Below, piece by piece: positions 1 through 15,000 of a stretch of DNA of 64,000 nt. The notes below the pieces were generated by a model. That model saw only the letters and a program-made list of their open reading frames with translations. It had not been told where the DNA came from and made no database searches. The number at the start of each line of letters is the position of its first letter. Positions within the stretch are counted from its first letter, which is position 1. The stretch is from Paragordius varius (lineage: Eukaryota > Animalia > Nematomorpha): NCBI GenBank assembly GCA_964247055.1, contig OZ176052.1, forward strand, positions 1,302,001 to 1,366,000. The letters are read 5' to 3'. A program made the position numbers and the translations under genes.

Positions 1-3000
1 AACATTAATCCAATCTAAACACCTAAAATATTAACTTACTTGTCCAAGAATCTAAAAATTATATTATAAAAATACTTTTAATTAGGAATATCGAACATTA
101 ATCCAATCACCCAATAAACACCTAAAATATTAACTTACTTCTCCAAGAATCTAAAAATTACATTATAAAAATACTTTTAATAAAGAATATCGAACACTAA
201 TCCAATCATCCACCATTTAACATCTAAAATATTAACTTACCTGACCGAGAATCTATTAATTATATTATAAAATACTTTTAATTAGGAATATCGAACATTA
301 ATCCAATCACCCACCAAACACCTAAAATATTAACTTACTTGTCCAAGAATCTAAAAATTAGATTATAAAATACTTTTAATTAGGAATATCGAACATTAAT
401 CCAATCAACCACCAAACACCTAAAATATTAACTTACTTGTCCAAGAATCTAAAAATAACATTATAAAATACTTTTAATTAGGAATATCGAACATTTATCC
501 AATCACCCACACAACACCTAAAATATTAACTTACTAGTCCAAGAATCTAAAAATAAATTATAAAAATACTTTTAATTAGGAATATCGAACATTACTCCAA
601 TCACCAACCAAACACCTAAAATATTAACTTACTTGTCCAAGAATCTAAAAATTACATTATAAAAATACTTTTAATTAGGAATATCGAACATTAGTCCAAT
701 CACCTACCAAACACCTTAAATATTAACTTACTTGTCCAAGAATCTAAATATTCCATTATAAAAATACTTTTAATTAGGAATATCGAACATTAATCCAATC
801 ACCCACTAAACACCTAAAATATTAACTTACTTGTCCAAGAATCTAAAAATTACATTATAAAAATACTTTTAATTAGGAATATCGAACATTAATCCAATCA
901 CCCACCAAACACCTAAAATATTAACTAACTTGTCCAAGAATCTAAAAATTACATGATAAAAATACTTTTAATTAGGAATATCGAACATTAATCCAATCAC
1001 CCACCAAACACCTAAAATATTAACTTACTTGTCCAAGAATCAAAAATTACATTATAAAAATACTCTTAATTAGGAATATCGAACATTAATCCAATCAACC
1101 ACCAAACACCTAAAATATTAACTTACCTGACCGAGAATCTATTAATTATATTATAAAATACTTTTAATTAGGAATATCGAACATTAATATATCACCCACA
1201 ACACATCTAAAATATTAACTTACCTGTCCAAGAATCTAAAAATTATATTATAAAAATACTTTTAATAAGGAATATCGAACATTAATCCAATCACCCACCA
1301 AACACCTAAAATATTAATTTACTTGTCCAAGAATCTAAATATTCCATTATAAAAATACTTTTAATTAGGAATATCGAACATTAATCCAATCACCCACCAA
1401 ACACCTAAAATATTAACTTACCTGTCCAAGAATCTAAAAATTACATGATAAAAATACTTTTAATTAGGAATATCGAACATTAATCCAATCACCCACCAAA
1501 CACCTAAAATATTAACTTACTTGTCCAAGAATCTAAAAATTACATTATAAAAATACTTTTAATTAGGAATATCGAACATTAATCCAATCACCCACCAAAC
1601 ACCTAAAATATTAACTAACTTGTCCAAGAATCTAAAAATTACATGATAAAAATACTTTTAATTAGGAATATCGAACATTAATCCAATCACCCACCAAACA
1701 CCTAAAATATTAACTTACTTGTCCAAGAATCAAAAATTACATTATAAAAATACTCTTAATTAGGAATATCGAACATTAATCCAATCAACCACCAAACACC
1801 TAAAATATTAACTTACCTGACCGAGAATCTATTAATTATATTATAAAATACTTTTAATTAGGAATATCGAACATTAATATATCACCCACAACACATCTAA
1901 AATATTAACTTACCTGTCCAAGAATCTAAAAATTATATTATAAAAATACTTTTAATAAGGAATATCGAACACTAATCCAATCATCCACCATTTAACATCT
2001 AAAATATTAACTTACCTGACCGAGAATCTATTAATTATATTATAAAATACTTTTAATTAGGAATATCGAACATTAATCCAATCACCCACAACGCACCTAA
2101 AAAATTAACTTACTTGTCCAAATCTAAAAATTACATTATAAAAATACTTTTAATTAGGAATATCGAACATTAATCCAATCACCCGCCAAACACCTAAAAT
2201 ATTAGCTTACTTGTCCAAGAATCTAAAAATTACATTATAAAAATACTTTTAATTAGCAATATCGAACATTAATCCAATCACCCACCAAACACCTAAAATA
2301 TTAATTTACTTGTCCAAGAATCTAAATATTCCATTATAAAAATACTTTTAATTAGGAATATCGAACATTAATCCAATCACCCACCAAACACCTAAAATAT
2401 TAACTTACCTGTCCAAGAATCTAAAAATTACATGATAAAAATACTTTTAATTAGGAATATCGAACATTAATCCAATCACCCACCAAACACCTAAAATATT
2501 AACTTACTTGTCCAAGAATCTAAAAATTACATGATAAAAATACTTTTAATTAGGAATATCGAACAGTAATCCAATCACCTACCAAACACCTTAAATATTA
2601 ACTTACTTGTCCAAGAATCTAAAAATTATATTATAAAAATACTTTTAATTAGAATATCGAACACTAATCCAATCATCCACCTTTAAACATCTAAAATATT
2701 AACTTACCTGACCGAGAATCTATTAATTATATTATAAAATACTTTTAATTAGGAATATCGAACATTAATCCAATCACCCACAACGCACCTAAAAAATTAA
2801 CTTACTTGTCCAAATCTAAAAATTACATTATAAAAATACTTTTAATTAGGAATATCGAACATTAATCCAATCACCCGCCAAACACCTAAAATATTAGCTT
2901 ACTTGTCCAAGAATCTAAAAATTACATTATAAAAATACTTTTAATTAGGAATATCGAACATTTATCCAATCACCCAACAAACACCTAAAATATTAAGTTA

Positions 3001-6000
3001 CTTGTCCAAGAATCTATAAATTATTATAAAATACTTTTAATTAGGAATATCAAACATTAATCCAATCACCCAATAAACACCCAAAATATTAACTTACTTG
3101 TCCAAGAATCTAAAAATTACATTATAAAAATACTTTTAATTAGGAATATCGAACATTAATATATCACCCACAACACATCTAAAATATTAACTTACCTGTC
3201 CAAGAATCTAAAAATTACATTATTAAAATACTTTTGATTAGGAATATCGAACATTAATCCAATCTAAACACCTAAAATATTAACTTACTTGTCCAAGAAT
3301 CTAAAAATTATATTATAAAAATACTTTTAATTAGGAATATCGAACATTAATCCAATCACCCAATAAACACCTAAAATATTAACTTACTTCTCCAAGAATC
3401 TAAAAATTACATTATAAAAATACTTTTAATAAGGAATATCGAACACTAATCCAATCATCTACCATTTAACATCTAAAATATTAACTTACCTGACCGAGAA
3501 TCTATTAATTATATTATAAAATACTTTTAATTAGGAATATCGAACATTAATCCAATCACCCACCAAACACCTAAAATATTAACTTACTTGTCCAAGAATC
3601 TAAAAATTAGATTATAAAATACTTTTAATTAGGAATATCGAACATTAATCCAATCAACCACCAAACACCTAAAATATTAACTTACTTGTCCAAGAATCTA
3701 AAAATCACATTATAAAATACTTTTAATTAGGAATATCGAACATTTATCCAATCACCCACCAAACACCTAAAATATTAACTTACTAGTCCAAGAATCTAAA
3801 AATAAATTATAAAAATACTTTTAATTAGGAATATCGAACATTACTCCAATCACCAACCAAACACCTAAAATATTAACTTACTTGTCCAAGAATCTAAAAA
3901 TTACATTATAAAAATACTTTTAATTAGGAATATCGAACATTAATCCAATCACCCACCAAACACCTAAAATATTAACTTACTTGTCCAAGAATCTAAAAAT
4001 TACATTATAAAAATACTTTTAATTAAGAATATCGAACATTTATCCAATCACCCACCAAACACCTAAAATATTAACTTACTTGTCCAAGAATCTAAAAATT
4101 AGATTATAAAATACTTTTAATTAGGAATATCGAACATTTATCCAATCACCCACCAAACACCTAAAATATTAACTTACTAGTCCAAGAATCTAAAAAATTA
4201 CATTATTAAATACTTTTAATTAGGAATATCAAACATTAATCCAATCACCCACCAAACACCTAAAATATTAACTTACTTGTCCAAGAATCTAAAAATTACA
4301 TTATAAAAATACTTTTAATTAGGAATATCGAACATTTATCCAATCACCCAATCACCTAAAATATTAACTTACTTGTCAAAGAATCTAAAAATTACATTAT
4401 AAAAATACTTTTAATTAGGAATATCGAACATAAATATATCACCCACAACACATCTATATTAACTTACCTGTCCAAGAATCTTATTACATTATTAAAATAC
4501 TTTTAATTAGGAATATCGAACATTAATCCAATCACCCAATAAACACCTAAAATATTAACTTACTTGTCCAAGAATCTAAAAATTATATTATAAAAATACT
4601 TTTAATAAGGAATATCATACACTAATCCAATCATCCACCGTTTAACATCTAAAATATTAACTTACCTGACCAAGAATCTATTAATTATATTATAAAATAC
4701 TTTTAATTAGGAATATCGAACATTAATCCAATCACCCACAACGCACCTAAAATATTAACTTACTTGTCCAAGAATCTAAAAATTACATTATAAAAATACT
4801 TTTAATTAGGAATATCGAACATTAATCCAATCACCCACCAAACACCTAAAATATTAATTTACTTGTCCAAGAATCTAAATATTCCATTATAAAAATACTT
4901 TTAATTAGGAATATCGAACATTAATCCAATCACCCACCAAACACCTAAAATATTAACTTATTGTCCAAGAATCTAAAAATTACATGATAAAAATACTTTT
5001 AATTAGGAATATCGAACATTAATCCAATCACCCACCAAACACCTAAAATATTAACTTACTTGTCCAAGAATCTAAAAATTACATGATAAAAATACTTTTA
5101 ATTAGGAATATCGAACAGTAATCCAATCACCTACCAAACACCTTAAATATTAACTTACTTGTCCAAGAATCTAAAAATTATATTATAAAAATACTTTTAA
5201 TTAGAATATCGAACACTAATCCAATCATCCACCTTTAAACATCTAAAATATTAACTTACCTGACCGAGAATCTATTAATTATATTATAAAATACTTTTAA
5301 TTAGGAATATCGAACATTAATCCAATCACCCACAACGCACCTAAAAAATTAACTTACTTGTCCAAATCTAAAAATTACATTATAAAAATACTTTTAATTA
5401 GGAATATCGAACATTAATCCAATCACCCGCCAAACACCTAAAATATTAGCTTACTTGTCCAAGAATCTAAAAATTACATTATAAAAATACTTTTAATTAG
5501 GAATATCGAACATTAATCCAATCACCCACCAAACACCTAAAATATTAATTTACTTGTCCAAGAATCTAAATATTCCCATATAAAAATACTTTTAATTAGG
5601 AATATCGAACATTAATCCAATCACCCACCAAACACCTAAAATATTAACTTACTTGTCCAAGAATCTAAAAATTACATGATAAAAATACTTTTAATTAGGA
5701 ATATCGAACATTAATCCAATCACCCACCAAACACCTAAAATATTAACTTACTTGTCCAAGAATCTAAAAATTACATGATAAAAATACTTTTAATTAGGAA
5801 TATCGAACAGTAATCCAATCACCTACCAAACACCTTAAATATTAACTTACTTGTCCAAGAATCTAAAAATTATATTATAAAAATACTTTTAATTAGAATA
5901 TCGAACACTAATCCAATCATCCACCTTTTAACATCTAAAATATTAACTTACCTGACCGAGAATCTATTAATTATATTATAAAATACTTTTAATTAGGAAT

Positions 6001-9000
6001 ATCGAACATTAATCCAATCACCCACAACGCACCTAAAATATTAACTTACTTGTCCAAGAATCTAAAAATTACATTATAAAAATACTCTTAATTAGGAATA
6101 TCGAACATTAATCCAATCACCCACCAAACAGCTAAATATTAACTTACTTGTTCAAAAATCTAAAAATTACATTATAAAAATACTTTTATTTAGGAATATC
6201 GAACATTAATATATCACCCACAACACATCTAAAATATTAACTTTCCTGTCCAAGAATCTAAAAATTATATTATAAAAATACTTTTAATAAGGAATATCGA
6301 ACACTAATCCAATCATCCACCATTTAACATCTAAAATATTAACTTACCTGACCGAGAATCTATTAATTATATTATAAAATACTTTTAATTAGGAATATCG
6401 AACATTAATCCAATCACCCACAACGCACCTAAAAAATTAACTTACTTGTCCAAATCTAAAAATTACATTATAAAAATACTTTTAATTAGGAATATCGAAC
6501 ATTAATCCAATCACCCGCCAAACACCTAAAATATTAGCTTACTTGTCCAAGAATCTAAAAATTACATTATAAAAATACTTTTAATTAGGAATATCGAACA
6601 TTAATCCAATCACCCACCAAACACCTAAAATATTAATTTACTTGTCCAAGAATCTAAATAATCCCATATAAAAATACTTTTAATTAGGAATATCGAACAT
6701 TAATCCAATCACCCACCAAACACCTAAAATATTAACTTACTTGTCCAAGAATCTAAAAATTACATGATAAAAATACTTTTAATTAGGAATATCGAACATT
6801 AATCCAATCACCCACCAAACACCTAAAATATTAACTTACTTGTCCAAGAATCTAAAAATTACATGATAAAAATACTTTTAATTAGGAATATCGAACAGTA
6901 ATCCAATCACCTACCAAACACCTTAAATATTAACTTACTTGTCCAAGAATCTAAAAATTATATTATAAAAATACTTTTAATTAGAATATCGAACACTAAT
7001 CCAATCATCCACCTTTTAACATCTAAAATATTAACTTACCTGACCGAGAATCTATTAATTATATTATAAAATACTTTTAATTAGGAATATCGAACATTAA
7101 TCCAATCACCCACAACGCACCTAAAATATTAACTTACTTGTCCAAGAATCTAAAAATTACATTATAAAAATACTCTTAATTAGGAATATCGAACATTAAT
7201 CCAATCACCCACCAAACAGCTAAATATTAACTTACTTGTCCAAAAATCTAAAAATTACATTATAAAAATACTTTTATTTAGGAATATCGAACATTAATAT
7301 ATCACCCACAACACATCTAAAATATTAACTTACCTGTCCAAGAATCTAAAAATTATATTATAAAAATACTTTTAATGAGGAATATCGAACACTAATCCAA
7401 TCATCCACCATTTAACATCTAAAATATTAACTTACCTGACCGAGAATCTATTAATTATATTATAAAATACTTTTAATTAGGAATATCGAACATTAATCCA
7501 ATCACCCACAACGCACCTAAAATATTAACTTACTTGTCCAAGAATCTAAAAATTACATTATAAAAATACTTTTAATTAGGAATATCGAACATTAATATAT
7601 CACCCACAACACATCTAAAATATTAACTTACCTGTCCAAGAATCTAAAAATTACATTATTAAAATACTTTTAATTAGGAATATCGAACATTAATCCAATC
7701 TAAACACCTAAAATATTAACTTACTTGTCCAAGAATCTAAAAATAATATTATAAAAATACTTTTAATTAGGAATATCGAACATTAATCCAATCACCCACC
7801 AAACACCTAAAATATTAACTTACTTGTCCAAGAATCTAAAAATTAGATTATAAAATACTTTTAATTAGGAATATCGAACATTAATCCAATCAACCACCAA
7901 ACACCTAAAATATTAACTTACTTGTCCAAGAATCTAAAAATCACATTATAAAATACTTTTAATTAGGAATATCGAACATTTATCCAATCACCCACCAAAC
8001 ACCTAAAATATTAACTTACTAGTCCAAGAATCTAAAAATAAATTATAAAAATACTTTTAATTAGGAATATCGAACATTACTCCAATCACCAACCAAACAC
8101 CTAAAATATTAACTTACTTGTCCAAGAATCTAAAAATTACATTATAAAAATACTTTTAATTAGGAATTTCGAACATTAGTCCAATCACCTACCAAACACC
8201 TTAAATATTAACTTACTTGTCCAAGAATCTAAATATTCCATTATAAAAATACTTTTAATTAGGAATATCGAACATTAATCCAATCACCCACTAAACACCT
8301 AAAATATTAACTTACTTGTCCAAGAATCTAAAAATTACATGATAAAAATACTTTTAATTAGGAATATCGAACATTAATCCAATCACCCACCAAACACCTA
8401 AAATATTAACTTACTTGTCCAAGAATCTAAAAATTGCATTATAAAAATACTTTTAATCAGGAATATCGAACATTAATCCAATCACCCACCAAACACCTAA
8501 AATATTAACTTACTTGTCCATGAATCTAAAAATTATGTTATAAAATACTTTTAATTAGGAATATCGAACATTAATCCAATCACCCACCAAACACCTAAAA
8601 TATTAACTTACTTGTCCAAGAATCTATAAATTATATTATAAAAATACTTTTAATTAGGAATATCGAACATTAATCCAATCACCCACCAAACACCTAAAAT
8701 ATTAACTTTCCTGTCCAAGAATCTAAAAATAACATTATAAAAATTTAATTAGGAATAGCGAACATTAATCCAATCACCCACCAAATACCTAAAATATTAA
8801 CTTACTTGTCCAAGAATCTAAAAAATTACATTATAAAATAATTTTTATAAGGAATATCGAACATTATTCCAATCACCCACCAAACACCTAAAATATTAAC
8901 TTACATGTCCAAGAATCTATAAATTATATTATAAAAATACTTTTAATTATTGATATCGAACATTAATCCAATCACCCACCAAACACCTAAAATATTAACT

Positions 9001-12000
9001 TACTTGTCCAAGAATCTATAAATTATATTATAAAAATACTTTTAATTAGGAATATCGAACATTAATCCAATCACTCATCGAACACCTAAAATATTAACTA
9101 ACTTCTCCAAGAATCTAAAAACTTACATTATTAAATACTTTTTATTAGGAATATCGAACATTAATCCAATCACCCACCAAATACCTAAAATATTAACTTA
9201 CTTGTCCAAGAATCTATATAAAAATACTTTTAATTAGGAATATCGAACATTAATCCAATCACCCACCAAACACCTAAAATATTAACTTTCCTGTCCAAGA
9301 ATCTAAAAATAACATTATAAAAATACTTTAATTAGGAATAGCGAACATTAATCCAATCACCCACCAAATACCTAAAATATTAACTTACTTGTCCAAGAAT
9401 CTATAAATTATATTATAAAAATACTTTTAATTAGGAATATCGAACATTAATCCAATCACTCATCGAACACCTAAAATATTAACTTACTTCTCCAAGAATC
9501 TAAAAACTTACATTATTAAATACTTTTAATTAGGAATATCGAACATTAATCCAATCCACCAAACACCTAAAATATTAACTTTACTGTCCGAGAATCTATA
9601 AATTATATTATAAAAATACTTTTAATTAGGAATATCGAACATCAATCCAATCACTCATCGAACACCTAAAATATTAACTTACTTCTCCAAGAATCTAAAA
9701 ACTTACATTATTAAATACTTTTAATTAGGAATATCGAACATTGATCCAATCACCCACCAAACACCTAAAATATTAACTTACTTGTCCAAGAATCTATAAA
9801 TTATATTATAAAAATACTTTTAATTAGGAATATCGAACATTAATCCAATCACTCATCGAACACCTAAAATATTAACTTACTTCTCCAAGAATCTAAAAAC
9901 TTACATTATTAAATACTTTTTATTAGGAATATCGAACATTAATCCAATCACCCACCAAATACCTAAAATATTAACTTACTTGTCCAAGAATATATAAATT
10001 ATATTATAAAAATACTTTTAATTAGGAATATCGAACATTAATCCAATCACTCATCGAACACCTAAAATATTAACTTACTTCTCCAAGAATCTAAAAACTT
10101 ACATTAATAAATACTTTTAATTAGGAATATCGAACATTGATCCAATCACCCACCAAACACCTAAAATATTAACTTACTTGTCCAAGAATCTATAAATTAT
10201 ATTATAAAAATACTTTTAATTAGGAATATCGAACATTAATCCAATCACTCATCGAACACCTAAAATATTAACTTACTTCTCCAAGAATCTAAAAACTTAC
10301 ATTATTAAATACTTTTAATTAGGAATATTGAACATTAATCCAATCCACCAAACACCTAAAATATTAACTTTCCTGTCCAAGAATCTAAAAAATTACATTA
10401 TAAAATAATTTTTATTAGGAATATCGAACATTAATCCAATCACCCACCAAACACCTAACATATTAACTTACTTGTCCAAGAATCTATAAATTATTTTATA
10501 AAAATACTTTTAATTAGGAATATCGAACATTAATCCAATCAACCACCAAACACCTAAAATATTAACTTACTTGTCCAAGAATCTATAAATTTTAACATAA
10601 AATACTTTTAATTAGGAATATCGAACATTAATCCAATCAACCACCAAACACCTAAAATATTAACTTACTTGTCCAAGAATCTATAAATTATTTTATAAAA
10701 ATACTTTTAATTAGCAATATCGAACATTAATCCAATCACCCACCAAACACCTAAAATATTAACTTACTTGTCCAAGAATCTATAAATTATATTATAAAAA
10801 TACTTTTAATTAGGAATATCGAACATTAATCCAATCACTCATCGAACACCTAAAATATTAACTTTCCTCTCCAAGAATCTAAAAAATTACATTATAAAAT
10901 AATTTTTATTAGGAATCTCGAACATTAATCCAATCACCCACCAAACACCTAACATATTAACTTACTTGTCCAAGAATCTATAAATTATTTTATAAAAATA
11001 CTTTTAATTAGCAATATCCAACATTAATCCAATTACCCACCAAACACCTAAAATATTGACTTACTTGTCCAAGAATCTAAAAACTTACATTATTAAATAC
11101 TTTTAATTAGGAATATCGAACATTAATCCAATCACCCACCAAACACCTAAAATATTAACTTTCCTGTCCAAGAATCTAAAAAATTACATTATAAAATAAT
11201 TTTTATTAGGAATATCGAACATTAATCCAATCACCCACCAAACACCTAACATATTAACTTACTTGTCCAAGAATCTATAAATTATTTTATAAAAATACTT
11301 TTAATTAGCAATATCCAACATTAATCCAATTACCCACCAAACACCTAAAATATTGACTTACTTGTCCAAGAATCTAAAAATTACATTATAAAAATACTTT
11401 TAATTAGGAATATCGAACATTAATCCAATCACCCACCAAACACCTAACATATTAACTTACTTGTCCAAGAATCTATAAATTATTTTATAAAAATACTTTT
11501 AATTAGGAATATCGAACATTAATCCAATTACCCACCAAACACCTAAAATATTAACTTACTTGTCCAAGAATCTAAAAATTACATTATAAAAATACTTTTA
11601 ATTAGCAATATCGAACATTAATCCAATTACCCACCAAACACCTAAAATATTAACTTACTTGTCCAAGAATCTATAAATTATAACATAAAATACTTTTAAT
11701 TAGGAATATCGAACATTAATCCAATCACCCATTAAATACCTAAAATATTAACTTACTTGTCCAAGAATATAAAAATTACATTATAAAAATACTTTTAATT
11801 TGGAATATCGAACATTAATCCAATCACCCACCAAACACCTAAAATATTATCTTACTTGTCCAAGAATCTATAAATTATATTATAAAATACTTTTAATTAG
11901 GAATATCGAACATTAATCCAATCACCCACCAAACACCTAAAATATTAACTTACTTGTCCAAGAATCTAAAAATTACATTATAAAAATACTTTTAATTAGG

Positions 12001-15000
12001 AATATCGAACATAAATCCAATCACCCACCAAACACCTAAAATATTAACTTACTTGTCCAAGAATCTAAAAATTACATGATAAAAATACTTTTAATTAGGA
12101 ATATCGAATTAATCCAATCACCCACCAAACACCTAAAATATTAACTTACTTGTCCAAGAATCTAAAAATTGCATTATAAAAATACTTTTAATCAGGAATA
12201 TCGAACATTAATCCAATCACCCACCAAACACCTAAAATATTAACTTACTTGTCCATGAATCTAAAAATTATGTTATAAAATACTTTTAATTAGGAATATC
12301 GAACATTAATCCAATCACCCACCAAACACCTAAAATATTAACTTACTTGTCAAAGAATCTATAAATTATATTATAAAAATACTTTTAATTAGGAATATCG
12401 AACATTAATCCAATCACCCACCAAACACCTAAAATATTAACTTTACTGTCCAAGAATCTAAAAATAACATTATAAAAATACTTTAATTAGGAATAGCGAA
12501 CATTAATCCAATCACCCACCAAATACCTAAACTATTAACTTACTTGTCCAAGAATCTAAAAAATTACATTATAAAATAATTTTTATTAGGAATATCGAAC
12601 ATTATTCCAATCACCCACCAAACACCTAACATATTAACTTACTTGTCCAAGAATCTATAAATTATTTTATAAAAATACTTTTAATTAGCAATATCCAACA
12701 TTAATCCAATTACCCACCAAACACCTAAAATATTGACTTTCCTGTCCAAGAATCTAAAAATTATATTATAAAAATACTTTTAATTAGGAATATCGAACAT
12801 TAATCCAATCACCCACCAAACACCTAAAATATTAACTTTCCTGTCCAAGAATCTAAAAAATTACATTATAAAATAATTTTTATTAGGAATATCGAACATT
12901 AATCCAATCACCCACCAAACACCTAACATATTAACTTACTTGTCCAAGAATCTATAAATTATTTTATAAAAATATTTTTAATTAGCAATATCGAACATTA
13001 ATCCAATAACCCACCAAACACCTAAAATATTAACTTACTTGTCCAAGAATCTATAAATTATAACATAAAATACTTTTAATTAGGAATATCGAACATTAAT
13101 CCAATCACCCATTAAATACCTAAAATATTAACTTACTTGTCCAAGAATATAAAAATTACATTATAAAAATACTTTTAATTTGGAATATCGAACATTATCC
13201 AATCACCCACCAAACACCTAAAATATTATCTTACTTGTCCAAGAATCTATAAATTATATTATAAAATACTTTTAATTAGGAATATCGAATTAATCCAATC
13301 ACCCACCAAACACCTAAAATATTAACTTACTTGTCCAAGAATCTAAAAATTGCATTATAAAAATACTTTTAATTAGGAATATCGAACATTAATCCAATCA
13401 CCCACCAAACACCTAAAATATTAACTTACTTGTCCAAGAATCTAAAAATTGCATTATAAAAATACTTTTAATTAGGAATATCGAACATTAATCCAATCAC
13501 CCACCAAACACCTAAAATATTAACTTACTTGTCCATGAATCTAAAAATTATGTTATAAAATACTTTTAATTAGGAATATCGAACATTAATCCAATCACCC
13601 ACCAAACACCTAAAATATTAACTTACTTGTCCAAGAATCTAAAAATTACATGATAAAAATACTTTTAAATAGGAATATCGAACATTAATCCAATCACCCA
13701 CCAAACACCTAAAATATTAACTTACTTGTCCAAGAATCTAAAAATTACATGATAAAAATACTTTTAATTAGGAATATCGAATTAATCCAATCACCCACCA
13801 AACACCTAAAATATTAACTTACTTGTCCAAGAATCTAAAAATTGCATTATAAAAATACTTTTAATTAGGAATATCGAACATTAATCCAATCACCCACCAA
13901 ACACCTAAAATATTAACTTACTTGTACAAGAATCTAAAAATTGCATTATAAAAATACTTTTAATCAGGAATATCGAACATTAATCCAATCACCCACCAAA
14001 CACCTAAAATATTAACTTACTTGTCCATGAATCTAAAAATTATGTTATAAAATACTTTTAATTAGGAATATCGAACATTAATCCAATCACCCACCAAACA
14101 CCTAAAATATTAACTTACTTGTCAAAGAATCTATAAATTATATTATAAAAATACTTTTAATTAGGAATATCGAACATTAATCCAATCACCCACCAAACAC
14201 CTAAAATATTAACTTTCCTGTCCAAGAATCTAAAAATAACATTGTAAAAATACTTTAATTAGGAATAGCGAACATTAATCCAATCACCCACCAAATACCT
14301 AAACTATTAACTTACTTGTCCAAGAATCTAAAAAATTACATTATAAAATAATTTTTATTAGGAATATCGAACATTATTCCAATCACCCACCAAACACCTA
14401 AAATATTAACTTACACGTCCAAGAATCTATAAATTATAACATAAAATACTTTTAATTAGGAATATCGAACATTAATCCAATCAACCACCAAACACCTAAA
14501 ATATTAACTTACTTGTCCAAGAATCTATAAATTATTTTATAAAAATACTTTTAATTAGCAATATCGAACATTAATCCAATTACCCACCAAACACCTAAAA
14601 TATTAACTTACTTGTCCAAGAATCTAAAAATTACAATATAAAAATACTTTTAATTAGCAATATCGAACATTAATCCAATTACCCACCAAACACCTAAAAT
14701 ATTAACTTACTTGTCCAAGAATCTATAAATTATAACATAAAATACTTTTAATTAGGAATATCGAACATTAATCCAATCACCCATTAAATACCTAAAATAT
14801 TAACTTACTTGTCCAAGATACATTATAAAAATACTTTTAATTTGGAATATCGAACATTAATCCAATCACCCACCAAACACCTAAAATATTATCTTAATTG
14901 TCCAAGAATCTATAAATTATATTATAAAATACTTTTAATTAGGAATATCGAACATTAATCCAATCACCCACCAAACACCTAAAATATTAACTTACTTGTC

